From Stegostoma tigrinum (Eukaryota): a stretch of 64,000 nucleotides of DNA. The position numbers and the translations under genes were made by a program. Where the stretch lies: NCBI RefSeq assembly GCF_030684315.1, contig NC_081356.1, positions 101,227,242-101,291,241 on the forward strand, written 5' to 3'. Positions within the stretch are counted from its first letter, which is position 1, and every line of letters begins with the position of its first letter. Positions 1-12,178 of the stretch are shown piece after piece. Below the pieces are notes generated by a model. The model was not told where the DNA came from. It saw nothing but the letters and a program-made list of their open reading frames with translations, and searched no databases.

Positions 1-102
1 TTCTTGTAAAGGAGCTGGGAATCCACCTGTTGGAATGGACAAATCCTTTATCAGAAAACCAATTTAAAAGCCATGATGAATTTAAAGGCTGCTCTAATAC
101 TG
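1..102 (+). CDS. RAD17: RAD17 coding exon, 5'-truncated by the window edge (LVKELGIHLLEWTNPLSENQFKSHDEFKGCSNT)
   Basis: Matches human RAD17 LSKEHGIQVQEWINP...FNT; donor G|GTACGA at 103; phase joins the next exon. Confidence 0.9.
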
Positions 103-1264
103 GTACGAGCAGATTTCGGCCATTTTGGTGTTCAAGTGCATTGTTCCAAATGATCCAGTTTTTGCAGCAGTGCACGTACTTTCTGTCATCTAAGTTGAGA
201 CACAGAATTAAAACTTGTTTCTGTTTGAACTATATAACACAATTATTCTATAAGAAAATTTTATTTTTGAACGAACAAACCTTCAGAAAGCTTTTTGTGA
301 TTAGTTACATGGCAAATGGCATCTGTGTAGGGTAAGGATTCATTGTTTCATAGACAACACACTGCCATTTTTTATATTGCACCATATCACTGCTGATTTT
401 TAGATTAGCTAATTTGATCATGCGTACTGTTTTCCTGTGTTCGTGGCGTGTTATGGAAACAGATGTTAAAATAGAAGATTCTGACAACTGGAAGTGCTAA
501 AATGCACTAAGAAACTGTCGACTGTTTCAAGTTAATAATTGGATAAAATTACAATGTTATTTGGAAAAAGTTATTTGTTTCCCAACAGTTCTGATTAGAC
601 AATTGATGGGATCTTTTGAACTTTCAGAGATCATGAGTGTGTGATGTATTTGAACAAAGAAATGTTACTCAGTCACCACTTTTTGAGTAAGGTTGTGCTA
701 CTTGCTTCCTAAAAAGCAGGATGAAAATAAATAATTGTCATAATTTTAGAACTAACTTTGGTCCTAGTTGCAGCATTTAAACAGAATCCTAAATAGTTTG
801 CTTTTGTCTGGAATGGAGTAGTTTTTAGTTTCTCATTTATTCTTTTTCACTTATGCAAACAAAAGAAATGGTGATAAGTAGTGTTTTCAATTTTGATGGA
901 AGTGAACAAACAGTGGGTGATGGGGTGGGAGTCTTGAAATTTTTTTTTAAAGGGCAGTATTTTTGCTGCTCCTTTTTTTTTCCTTCTTTTGGCTTCCTCT
1001 TGAAGACTTGCTAACCTGGTCTCGGAGCTGAAAAGGAGCCCTTCAATTGATCATGCCATTAAGTTATTGATAATTTAGAAACTTGGTGTTGCCATTCATG
1101 TTTTGCTGCCTAATCATTCAGCCAAAGTAAAAATCTCTTGTGCAATTCTCCGTACAACACTTCCTTTTTATGTCTATATACCAATTTTACTTCCTGAATT
1201 GAATATGAACAGGTTTCTCCAGCCTATTTAAGTTTTAAAAAACATGGTTTTTGATTTTCCTCAG

Positions 1265-1401
1265 AAGCAGGTCTTCGGATAAATATCAGCAAGTCACAGT
1301 CTGTTCTATTTGAAGAATTTTTATTGAGAGCCAACAAGTACAAAAAGCTTCAGATGCTGGGCGATAGAGTGGAGACGGACAAAAAACTGATTCTTGTGGA
1401 A
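1265..1401 (+). CDS. RAD17: RAD17 exon (EAGLRINISKSQSVLFEEFLLRANKYKKLQMLGDRVETDKKLILVE) with the KYxxL motif and start of Walker B
   Basis: Matches human FKEFLLRATKYNKLQMLGDDLRTDKKIILVE; acceptor ttttcctCAG, donor GTGAGT at 1402. Confidence 0.93.
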
Positions 1402-1809
1402 GTGAGTATGATCTTTCTGAATTCTTTGTTCACTGTGAAGAATCTTTCCGTAATCAACCTGTTTAATGAAGGGGTGTTAATCTTTTGACTATTATGGTAA
1501 GGTAATCGTCAAAACTTCAGGAAATAGTGCATCTTAAATTTTTTGATCATTCCACTCATTTGTGCTTTTCAAATATTGATTTTTGAAATATACAAGATTT
1601 TTTAAAGTTGAAAAGTATGTTCTGTGCTCATCAGAAAATAAGAATTCTACAATGGATACAGCAATCACCTTGTATTCTAGAATATCAAAGTATTGATCAT
1701 TCACAATCATTGAATATATTTGCACTTTTCAAAATATCAGACCTCCCTGTTCACTTAAGAGAAACTAAGTATGTACAGCTTTTGATAACTCTTATTTCTT
1801 GATTCACAG

Positions 1810-1862
1810 GATATTCCGAATCGGTTTTATAGAGAACCTTCCTGTATGCATGATATTTTGAG
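1810..1862 (+). CDS. RAD17: RAD17 exon (DIPNRFYREPSCMHDILR)
   Basis: Matches human DLPNQFYRDSHTLHEVLR; CAG acceptor, GTAAGT donor. Confidence 0.93.
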
Positions 1863-2784
1863 GTAAGTTTTCAGAAGTATACATGTCAGTGAAAATTACT
1901 ACTGTTTGTACTACAAACATTTGCAGTTTTCCGATAAACTGTTTTTAAAATTACTAAAGCAGTAGGTGTAGAACTGCCATTGAGCCAACGTTTAATATGT
2001 AGAAATTATGAAGACAAGAATAATTTTCTTACTTAACTATCACTTTACCATGAGTACTAATTCCAAAAAGTCAAACATTTCTTCCAAACTGAATATCAAT
2101 AGAGATTCTTCAATACATGTTAATTTTTTTAGCTTTTTAAAAGCTACTTTGAAGCTTTTTAAGACTTTGTTTTAAGTCAAGTCAATTACTCTTGAGTTCT
2201 AATTGTCTAAAATCACTCACATAAACCTAAGCTAGTATCATATTTTTTTTTAAATGCAGCTAGTGTACTATTAAGCACAAAATTCTTCACTGGGGTCACT
2301 TCTGTCTGCAAGCAGCTCTGTGAAGGTTGTTTTTTTCTAATTCATGTCTTTGTTCACCAGTTTTCTTTAGGCCTTTACACAAATCACGTCTTTCAATAGA
2401 ATTATCATTCTTTTTCCCCGGGATCTCGCTCTTGATGGTCACTTCCATCCAGCTGTTCATTTGGTTGAAATATCCATCTAAATTCCCCCAACATTAAAAG
2501 CTCTGTGTCCTTTTCTTTGAGATTATGTCTGGTAGTGTCAACGTTTTGTTTTAACTTTTTAAAGATCTCCTGCGGACACAAACTAAGTTTCCCCAACAGG
2601 CAATAGTCTGGTCCCTTCTGTGGATGAAAGTCAGGTGATGGGTGTGGGTTTGACAAATTGAGCAATGACAATATCTGGAACTGACTGAGTCGCCAAAGTT
2701 GAGATGATGGTTTACAGCATATTCGTTCACCATTCACTCACTGGTCCCTTCCAAACGAGGATGACTCTCTTCCACTCAGTTGAG

Positions 2785-2995
2785 GTTGGTTGGCTCACCG
2801 AGCTGGTTTGTTAATTCGCAGACGGTTCATTACCATGCTTGGTAACATCCTCAGTGCGGCTTCCAATGAAGCGTCGGTGTGTTTTCCTGCCTGGCTTTTA
2901 AACTCTGGGGTCCATTGAGACGGATTGCCTCACTTCTGGTTTTCCTTCGTAGTGGAATGTATATGGGGTTGGGTTCAATGTGTTTATTAATAGCC
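2785..2995 (-). mobile_element. Poseidon-type Penelope pseudo-LTR (pLTR) remnant with a degenerate hammerhead
   Basis: Reverse complement reads CTGAGGA-TGTTACC-AAGCAT-GGTAAT-GAAC-CGTC; resembles the 41.1 kb element. Confidence 0.65.
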
Positions 2996-4242
2996 TGAGA
3001 GTAGAAGGTCAAGAGAGAGTTAGAGCATATAAGAGTTGTGTTGACTGCAGTTTTGGTGGCTTTGTTGTGCTATGCTGTGAATGGGGATGATTAATTTGCA
3101 TAATTGGTCATGAGAATGCATGAAACAAAACAGAAACTGCTGAGTTTCTCCAGCGAGTCTGGAAATGTCTGTGGAGAGAAAGCGACATTCATGTTTCAAG
3201 TCCAGTGAACCCTCTTCATGTGCTTGCATGACTTTTTCCTTGCTCAAGGAATTAGCCTAAAATGGGGACAGGTGAATTTGACATGGTAAGTTCATATTCT
3301 GGCTGAATTAAAACAGATAGAACTGTTTTGACTGTAAATGGCCTTTAATAGGGTTTTTAAAAAACCCTATGTGGTTGTAAACGTGGAGAACAATCAGTGA
3401 AGATGCATGCCATGCATAAATGAAAGAGACCCTCTATCAAAGGTGTTTTTAAAAAAAAAAACTGCTGGGTAAGGGACAAAGCAGTGCCGCACTCTACAAA
3501 CACTCCATAACTGATGAAGTGGTACACCTGCTGCATCAGGTCACAATATTGTCCTTTTATCGTATTCAAGAATATCTCTCCCATTGGACGACACTGCATC
3601 ATACCTGCCAGGTGTTGTACTGGATAGTATGACAAATTCTGTTATGATCCCTGCTGATGTTACTGCTGGACAGGTCTGATCCCAGATTGAGTTAACATTT
3701 CTCTTATGTTTTTTGAACTAGTCCCTTCCTCAAGGAAGAACTATTGTTATATCTGACCCCAGCCAGTCTTCAGTGACCTGCACCTAAAGGATTTCCATAA
3801 TTGAAGCTATCCTGAAGCAGAAATCAATTCTTGATTTCATGTAAACCAAAAGCAAGCTAATAACTGTCCACATTTTTGCTCCCTGATCATGATATTCTCA
3901 GAATATCAAGAAATTCCAATTTCACTCCAGGAGGGCCCCAATTTCTGTTACATACAGGTTTAAAATCATGGCTTGAGAAATGCTGACATTAATTATTTAA
4001 GCTTGTTATACACACAGACTAAAACCCACATTACCCCAGACTCTGAAATAGATGATGAAATACATAAATCACACGTATTACACCACAATACATATTACAC
4101 CACAATACATTATTTATAAGTTCTGTGAACAGATGCAATAAGTAAAATTTATTGATTTGATAGTTCAGATTATTGACAACACTTTGCTTTAAGTTTACTA
4201 CTTGCCTACACTAAGCCTATAAACAAACTTACATTCCTGTAT

Positions 4243-4679
4243 CAGAGATAATGGGAACTGCAGATGCTGGAGAATTCCAAGATAATAAAATGTGAGGCTG
4301 GATGAACACAGCAGGCCAAGCAGCATCTCAGGAGCACAAAAGCTGACGTTTCGGGCCTAGACCCTTCATCAGAGAGCCGGTTGGTCCGGAGGGAGGAGGG
4401 TAACTTCTTCAGGTTAGGAAGAGGCTTCGCAGTGAGGTTAAAATAGTATCAGAGATAATGGGAACTGCAGATGCTGGAGAATACCAAGATAATAAAATGT
4501 GAGGCTGGATGAACACAGCAGGCCAAGCAGCATCTCAGGAGCACAAAAGTTGACGTTTCGGGCCTAGACCCTTCATCAGAGAGCCTCTCTGATGAAGGGT
4601 CTAGGCCTGAAATGTCAGCTTTTGTGCTCCTGAGATGCTGCTTGGCCTGCTGTGTTCATCCAGCCTCACATTTTATTAT
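4243..4679. mobile_element. Neptune-type Penelope mini-insertion: two tandem minus-strand pLTRs plus one inverted pLTR, three hammerhead motifs
   Basis: Units match the 3' end of the 13.4-16.1 kb element; TSD CTTACATTCCTGTAT at 4228-4242 and 4680-4694. Confidence 0.85.
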
Positions 4680-5207
4680 CTTACATTCCTGTATATCATC
4701 TTGTGCACATTCATAGACCAGCATGGCATAAATTCAAGAGAAAATGTACAAGTATCGCACAAGTCCCAAAGTGATTATTCCTCAAATATTTCATTCTGCC
4801 ATTTAGCTGAATGAGTTGTAATCACTTTTGACCCGTAGTTGGATACGTGCCTGTGATTGTCCTCTCGCTTCATACTGAAAGTCATTTTCACTTAGTTTTC
4901 ACTGAACCAATAAGATTACACATAATCCAAAGGTACACAACTGACTGGAAAAGTCTACCTATTGAACTATTGTTGGTGAAAGCAAAATTGTAAATGGCCA
5001 ATTTACAAGCAAATTACTGCAGATACTGGAATTTGTCTGAAAACCACAAATGCTGGAGATCACAGTGGGTCATACAGCATCCACTGAGAGCAAACTAACA
5101 TTTCAAGTCTAGATGACTCTTCAGAGCTGACACCAATTTACATCTGATGCATTCATGGTTTTGGTTAAGTATATTTCACAATCTTCATTTACAAGTCTTG
5201 TTTATAA

Positions 5208-6218
5208 GGGCAGTAGTTAGCATTGCTGCCTCACTCTCCCAGGGACTTGGGTTCGATTCCACTCTCGGGCGATTGTCTGTGTGGAATTTGTGCATTCTGC
5301 CAGTGTCTGTGTAGGTTTCCTCCAGGTGCTCCAGTTTCCACAGTCCAAAGATGTGCAGGTTAGGTTGAATTTTTTTTTAAAAAATGAAAGAAACCAAAAC
5401 AGAAGTAGCTGGAAAAGCTCAGTAGGTCTGGCAGCATCAATGAAGAGAAGTCAAGTCAACGTTAACATTCTGCCTGCAAAAAAGACCCTAAGCTTCCAGT
5501 TGCCTGTCACTTTCATACACCACCCTGTTCCCTGGCCAACATCTGTCTCAGCCTTGTTGCTGTGCTTCAGGACAAGCTAGAAGAACAACGCCTCATTTTT
5601 CACTTGGGGACTCTGCAACCTTCTGGATACAATGTTGAGTTACATAGTTTCAGGGCCTGAACTCCCCCCTGTCCTGGCCCCCTACCGTATACACCAGACC
5701 GTGTTGTCCCATAGTCTGTCATTGCACACTGGCTTTTATTAGTCACTAGTAGTCTCCATTAGCAGCTATTCACCCTCCCAGCCAGATAGTTATGAACTCC
5801 TTTGTCCAACAATTTTCCTCTTTGGGTTCTATCCCTATCTATTGTTTACTCCTTACCTCTTCTCTCCCCCCCACCCTCCTCCCCATCTGCTGCGTATAAA
5901 CCAACATTTTTCGAACTACCATCAGTTCTGAGGAAGGGCCACCAGATGCAAAATGTTAACTCCATGTTTTCTCCTCGGATACTGCCGAGCTTTTCCAGCA
6001 ACTTCTGTTTTTGTTGCAGGTTAGGTTGATTGGCCATGCTAAATTGCCCATCGTCTCCAGCATTGTGCAGGTTAGTGGATTAGCCATGGGAAATGCAAGT
6101 TTACAGGGATAGGTTCAGCGGGGTGTGAGAGTCTGGTAGCATGCTGTTTGGAAGGTCAGTGTGGACACAATGGGCCAAATGGCCTACTTCCACACTGTAG
6201 AGTTTCTGTGAATCTATG
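5208..6218 (+). mobile_element. HE1-type (V-SINE) tRNA-derived SINE split by a Penelope-like fragment (about 5369-6014)
   Basis: B box GGTTCGATTCC, V-domain body CAGTCCAAAGATGTGCAGGTTAGG and a CR1-like 3' tail; TGCAGGTTAGGTTGA duplicated at 5354-5368 and 6015-6029. Confidence 0.8.
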
Positions 6219-6486
6219 CCTTTGACTTAAAATAAAATCAATGTTCTTAAAGGTCTTTAAATTATTCTTTGTGTATAAACTATATAAAATGACTACAGAA
6301 GCTTAAAGTAGCACAGCACAGAATAAGATGACTTAAAACATTGTGCTAGCATACTCAACAAACCTGTATTATAAGAATCTTTGGTAATTACAAATACTCC
6401 AATGGAAGAAGAGTATTTAAAATCTGTTGTTAGAACATGAAATCTGAGCACAGAAGGAAATATTAAATGCTCTGTTCTTTTAATAG

Positions 6487-6612
6487 GAGGTTTGTGCAAG
6501 TGGCAAGGTGTCCATTGGTGTTTATAATTTCTGATAGTGTTAGTCAAGACAGTGGTCATCGGTTACTCTTCCCTAAAGACATCCAAGAGGAATTGGGTAT
6601 TGCGAACATAAG
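6487..6612 (+). CDS. RAD17: RAD17 exon (RFVQVARCPLVFIISDSVSQDSGHRLLFPKDIQEELGIANIS) ending at a GC donor
   Basis: Matches human KYVRIGRCPLIFIISDSLSGDNNQRLLFPKEIQEECSISNIS; donor AG|GCAAGT. Confidence 0.92.
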
Positions 6613-6829
6613 GCAAGTACTAACTGTACTGTTAATGACAAATCTATGTTTAGGTGGTGGAGTATGCCTTTTAAACAGGTTCTCCTGATCCTCTTGTTTA
6701 GTTTACATAATAAAGCAGTATGATCTGGAATTAAATTATTTCCTGGATTTTTCAAAATGTTATAAATTGCAGTGTTTTTATTGGAAAAGTGAGTAAGTTT
6801 TAAGTTTTTTTTTCTTATATTCTATCATG

Positions 6830-7140
6830 TGTTGTGGGCATCACTGGCTAGGCTAGCATTCATTTCTCTTCCTTAATTAACATTGTGAAATGTGGTGATC
6901 AGCTACTTCCTTAAGCTGCTACATTCATTGGCAATAGCAATTCTGTTTGCAAAGGAGTTCTGGGATTATGACCCAGTGACAGTGAAGGAACGCTAATACT
7001 GTTCCAAGCCAGGATAGTCCATGGCTTGCAAGGTGTTGTTGCTCCTGTGCATCTGCTATCCTTGTCCTTCTAGGCATTAGAGGGCATGGATTTGGAAGGT
7101 ACTGTTGGAGAGCCATGGTAAATTGCTGCAGTGCATGCTA
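6830..7140 (-). mobile_element. Old LINE 3'-end remnant (CR1/L2 group)
   Basis: Similar to a recurrent repeat also seen near 21415 and 30115; family assigned from memory. Confidence 0.45.
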
Positions 7141-7204
7141 GAATGTTCACAAGTAGTAGCAAATTAATGGTAATAAAGTCTGAAGCATTGTGATTATAGG
7201 TAAC

Positions 7205-7415
7205 AGGAGTTGATTAGCTCAGTTGGCTGAACGGCTGGTTTTGTAATGTAGAGTTAAGCCAACAGTGTGTTCAATTTCTGCACCAGTTGAGGTTACCATG
7301 AAGGACTTTGCTTCTCAGTCTCTTCCCTCACCTGATGCATGCTGACCTCCAGTTAAACCATCAGTTCTCTCAAACGAAAAAACAGCCCTGTGGTCTGCTA
7401 AAACAATAGAGACTT
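7205..7415 (+). mobile_element. tRNA-derived SINE remnant
   Basis: A box TAGCTCAGTTGG and a degenerate B box GTTCAATTTC, followed by a SINE-like body. Confidence 0.55.
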
Positions 7416-10400
7416 TTTTTAAACCTTTTTTTATGGCAGTAACTTTTTCCAGTCCTGATCACAACTGTTTAGATCGTGTCTCATTTTTGCCAGCAGTCTT
7501 CCAAGTGCATTTCCCACATATCAATTCTTCTTTTGTGGCCAATACTGCGGGTGTTAATCAATATGAAAAGAGTTACTACCAAGCAAAACCTACTGAGAGA
7601 TAGGGACAAAAGTAGGTCACACAGCCCTTTGGGCCTGCTCTGCCTTTCAGTATGGTCATGGCTGATCATGTGTCTCTACTCCACTTTTCACCCTTTTCCT
7701 TTATCCCTGAATTTACTGAGAGTCTGAAATTTGTAGATTTTCAGCCTTGAGTAAACATCCATAATACTTTCTGGATAGAGAATTCCAACAATTTGCAAGT
7801 CTTTGAGTAAAAATAATTTCATCTCTGGTATCTGAAATGACTAACCCTTTTACTGAGTCAGGGCCCCTGTGTTCTAGTTTCCCCAAGTCAGACAGAACAA
7901 TCTTGTTGTCTGTCTTTCTTTTGAGAAACTTGTATTTCAATGTCATTCCCACTCATTCTTCTAAACTCTAGAGAATATAGATCTAATTTATTCAATCTCT
8001 CCTGAATGGACCGTCTTATTGGAACCAGTGTAGTAAACCTGCCTCCATTGTAACTAAATCTTTCCTGAGATATGGTAGCTAAAATTGCAAACGGTACTCC
8101 AGGAATGATTTAATCAAGTCAAATACGATTGTAATGAGACTTTTTTTTATTCCTGTATTCCAATCCTCTTGTAATTAAGGCCAGCACCTAATTTTTTTTC
8201 TTCCTGATTTGCTCTCTGTACCTGCAAGCTAACTTTCTGTTTGCTTTGTATAAATACATGCAATCTAAGTTGTTAACTTCTTGCTTGTCACATTACATTC
8301 CATCTGCCATGTTTTTGCCAATTCACTTTATCTAAATCTCAAGTTTCTCAAGAGCCAACACTTGCTACTGATATGATTGCTTGGGTACACTGGCTTCCAT
8401 CAGCTCCTACATACTACAACTGCGAAACGTTGGCTGTCCAGTCATTTGTCTTTTGATTTTAATTAAGTAAATTGGATGTTTAATATTTTTAAGGTGAATT
8501 TCTAAACTGTACTCTGTAACTATAATAGTTTCCTTTTTTTTAAGCAACTTCACCATTCAAAACAGATACTGAAGGAATACCTACCAATCCCATACCTGTT
8601 TTCCTGTGGTATTATTCTTCAGCACTGACAAGTAGAAATAAGCTGAAGGGGCTTGCTGCTGCCAGTTTTTAATCTCCTGCTGTCTTTGTTGCACAGGTCA
8701 CGCTCCCTGTCTGTTTCATAGTGCTGACTTGCTGCACATTCCTCCCCTGAAAATTATTCAGGACAATATTTATTCAAAGGAAGAGACTTAGAATATTGCA
8801 AAGATTTGTAATAGGCCTGAGAATCAAGGGAGATTAGAGATCACCAGAAAGCAACCAAAAATTTGATAAAAAGGGGTAAAATATTATACAAGAAAACACT
8901 AGCCAAGTGTTTAAAATAAATTTAGAGTTTATAAAAAGTTAATCCAAGACTATCCTTATTTCCTTAATGAGCTATTTTCCTCTTAGGAGGTTTCATTTTT
9001 TAAAAATTAAAATATTTTTGAAATATTACAACATTTTTAGTGCTTTCCATTGTTCACTTACTTATTTGTAAATGCAAGTAGCTAAGGACCCAGTGCTGAT
9101 CTTTCCAGCACCTCACTAATTAACAGCTAACTTGAAAATACCCTGTTGCAACTCTCTGCTTCTGGCTCATTAATCAATTCTTCATCCATGCCAATGTATT
9201 ACCCCAACTTCACAAGCACCTACCTTTGCATATTAACCTTTTTAGTACCATCTTATTCAAATGCCTTTTGGAAAGTTATGTACACTACATATTTTAGCTC
9301 CTCTTTGTCTACCTGTTGGAATCATGTACAACAAAACAAATTTGTTAAGCTTGACTTTTTTTCTAAATCTTGTTTGCTTTGATTGTACTACAACTTCATT
9401 TTTCTAAGAGCTTTGTTGAGACTTCTTTAATAAATTACAGCATTTTCCTAATTAACTAGTATCATATTAATTGACCTGTCGTAACCTGTTTTCTTTTTTG
9501 TCTTTCTTCCTTCCAACATTCGCAAATGTTACATTTGCGAACTTACAATCTGAGGTACCATTCCAGGATCTAGGAAAGTCTGTAAAATTATAACCATTAC
9601 ATTCTTCATCTCTACAACTTCCTCTTTTTTAAAATCCTGAATACGGGCCATCGTGCTCTGGTGATTTGTCAGCTTTTAACCCTTCAGTTTCTCCCAAATT
9701 TATCTCCGCTGGTATTGAATGCTTTAAGTTACTTGCTCTTCATTGCCCCCTTGTGACTTCTACTGTGAAGACAGAGGAACTGTAGTTTTCAGTGTCTCTG
9801 ACATTTCCTCACTTCTCTTAGCTTATTCTGTCTCTACCTCTACAGCACTAACATTTACACTAGCTTCTGTACTTTGTTTGTACAAGCTTTTACAAAGAAT
9901 ATAATCTGTTTCTATTCATGGCTAGCTTACTTGATTTTCATAATCTAAGAAAGGCAAAAGTAGATTAACTTTTTGGTCCCATTTTACTGATTTCTAAAAC
10001 TTCCCCAATCCTCAGGCTAACTTTGTTCTTCAAAACTTTATAAAGTCGTCTTTTACTGAGAGCATAGACGCAAGAGTATGACACTCACCTATTGAGCCTG
10101 CTAACCCATTCATCAGATCATTACTGATTATCTACCTCCAAGCCATTTCTGCACTATTCCCATATTCCTGATGTCATTAGTGTTCAGAAATCTATTGATC
10201 TCTGTCTTGAACATGCTTAATAATTGAGTTTCTACAGCTTTCCAGTTAGAAAATTCTAAAGATTCATCACCCTCTGAGTAAAGAAATTCCTTTGTCTCAT
10301 TTTTAAGTGGCTTATCCCTTATCCCGAGACTCTGCTCTGGTTCTTAACTCACCAGCCAGAGGAAACGTCTTACCTGCATTGACTCTTTCATACCCCGTAA

Positions 10401-10926
10401 GATATTAATATCCAGTACTTGTTCTTCACAAGCCATTAGTGAATCTTTGTCACTAATTTTTGCCTTAAAAGAATATAGTTTTGTTGAAAATTGTGAATAA
10501 CTTCTTTACTTGTTTCCCATAGTTTAGTTTATTTACTGCTATAACTTCTATTTACCCAAGCAACCATAACTAGCTCTTCCTGCAAGTTTGATCCTGTCCC
10601 CATCCGATATATGCATTTTTTTTTAGCAGGGCTAGACATCACAAGTAACAAATTATGGTTTTTTTTGTTATCCTTCTACCTAGTTTGAAATTTGCTGAAT
10701 TCCATTCTATCATCTCATTCATTCCTGGCTAAAATGAGATTATTTTGGTTTTACCAAAGATTGAACCTTGAATATGCTGGTCTATGCGGTTCAAATCACA
10801 GCTAATAAAAGCTATTGTGAGGGCTCATCACGTGTTAATTATTGCATTCCTGATGAATTCTAAATCAAGATTTTCCATTTCTGCCATGTTCCATTATATT
10901 GAATATGTTCCCCTGTTTTTTGGCAG

Positions 10927-10996
10927 TTTTAATCCTGTGGCTCACACAAGCATGTTGAGAGTTTTAAATAGAATAGCTTCTCAAGAGGCTAGTAAG
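10927..10996 (+). CDS. RAD17: RAD17 exon (FNPVAHTSMLRVLNRIASQEASK)
   Basis: Matches human FNPVAPTIMMKFLNRIVTIEANK; CAG acceptor, GTAAGT donor. Confidence 0.93.
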
Positions 10997-11564
10997 GTAA
11001 GTTTTTAACAGTGTTAACTTTTTCCGTATTCACCCCGACTTCATTGAAAGGGTTTGTTTTGGAATTTACTTTAAGTGTCAGTAGCTCCCTGCTGATTTGC
11101 TGAATTTATAGTGATGCAATCTGACCTCACTTGAGAGTACTACATTTGATTCTGGGCACTATACCTTGGGTATATACAGAGAAGAACAATGAAGCTGATT
11201 CCAAATTTAATGGAGATGACCTTTTAAGAGAAAAGATTATACATGTTTACTTCTATATTATGCTAGTTAAGATACCTCTGCATCTCAGTCCAGAGCTCCT
11301 TCAGTAATTACAGGCTGTACCTTCATGTTCAACAGTATCCGGATTGGACTTTTGCAGAGCAGAGAATTTTCCAGACCACAGGAGTCTATATGTCCTGTAC
11401 AGTCCAGGCTCGTGGCCTGTGCCACACTTGACACACTGAGACCAAAACTCAGTTTGTGGCTTGTGTGGCTGTTCTTTCTGGCCATCTTTACCTTAGCTGT
11501 CACTTGTCTTGAGGAAAATGAGGTTGGAGCTGAATTACAAATTTGAGGAGGTACTTCAGATCAC

Positions 11565-11580
11565 CAGCACCTCCTAGTGG
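11565..11580 (-). promoter_or_regulatory. Candidate CTCF site
   Basis: Reverse complement CCACTAGGAGGTGCTG is close to the CTCF core consensus; motif evidence only. Confidence 0.4.
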
Positions 11581-12066
11581 AGTTATGAGAGTTACAGGGA
11601 GGAAGGAATCTAACCAGCAGTGAAATAGTCAACTCATTCTGTAAGTCAAAACTTGACTTCTTAGAATGAATCTTAAAATTGTAGTGGAGGGAATGAGACA
11701 GGTGCTGACTTAAAACTGAAGTATTGTGCGTGCTGGCCCATAATTTACTGGACCAGCGAATATCAGATAACTGAGGTACAAACTGTACTTGAATATTCTT
11801 CTTGAATACCTTTTTGTAAATATGTTGTTAGAATTATGTTTTCCATACCCTTTCCAGCTTTGCCTTTATAACCACACTCATATTTGCTAAGTTAATTGTT
11901 TTTAAAAATGGATGTCTTGTGCTCAATTAATTGTTGATTTGTGACTGTTATGTTCAGATTGTCTTGCTTGCGGTGAATAATATCAATCAGTTGGGTAGTG
12001 AAGTTGATGTTTTTATCCAAATAAAAATCACAGATGAAATAATTTTCTTAATATCCTGCAATGCAG

Positions 12067-12178
12067 AAGGATGAGAAGATTACTGTTCCTGACACAACTG
12101 TACTAGAGTTACTCTGCAGAGGCAGCGCAGGAGATATCAGAAGTGCAATAAACAACCTCCAGTTTACTTCAGTCAAAG
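12067..12178 (+). CDS. RAD17: RAD17 exon (KDEKITVPDTTVLELLCRGSAGDIRSAINNLQFTSVK) with the GDIR sensor-2 region
   Basis: Matches human GKITVPDKTSLELLCQGCSGDIRSAINSLQFSSSK; donor G|GTACCT. Confidence 0.93.

Noticed and set aside
4076-4109. 17-bp direct tandem duplication TATTACACCACAATACA x2
   Set aside because: Ordinary slippage duplication with no further structure.
7205-7290. tRNA-like sequence (also at 5208, 25400 and 44655)
   Set aside because: SINE heads with A/B boxes but no complete cloverleaf.
7590-10420. Scattered ORFs of 60-85 aa
   Set aside because: Heavily decayed CR1-like fragments and chance ORFs; boundaries not resolvable.
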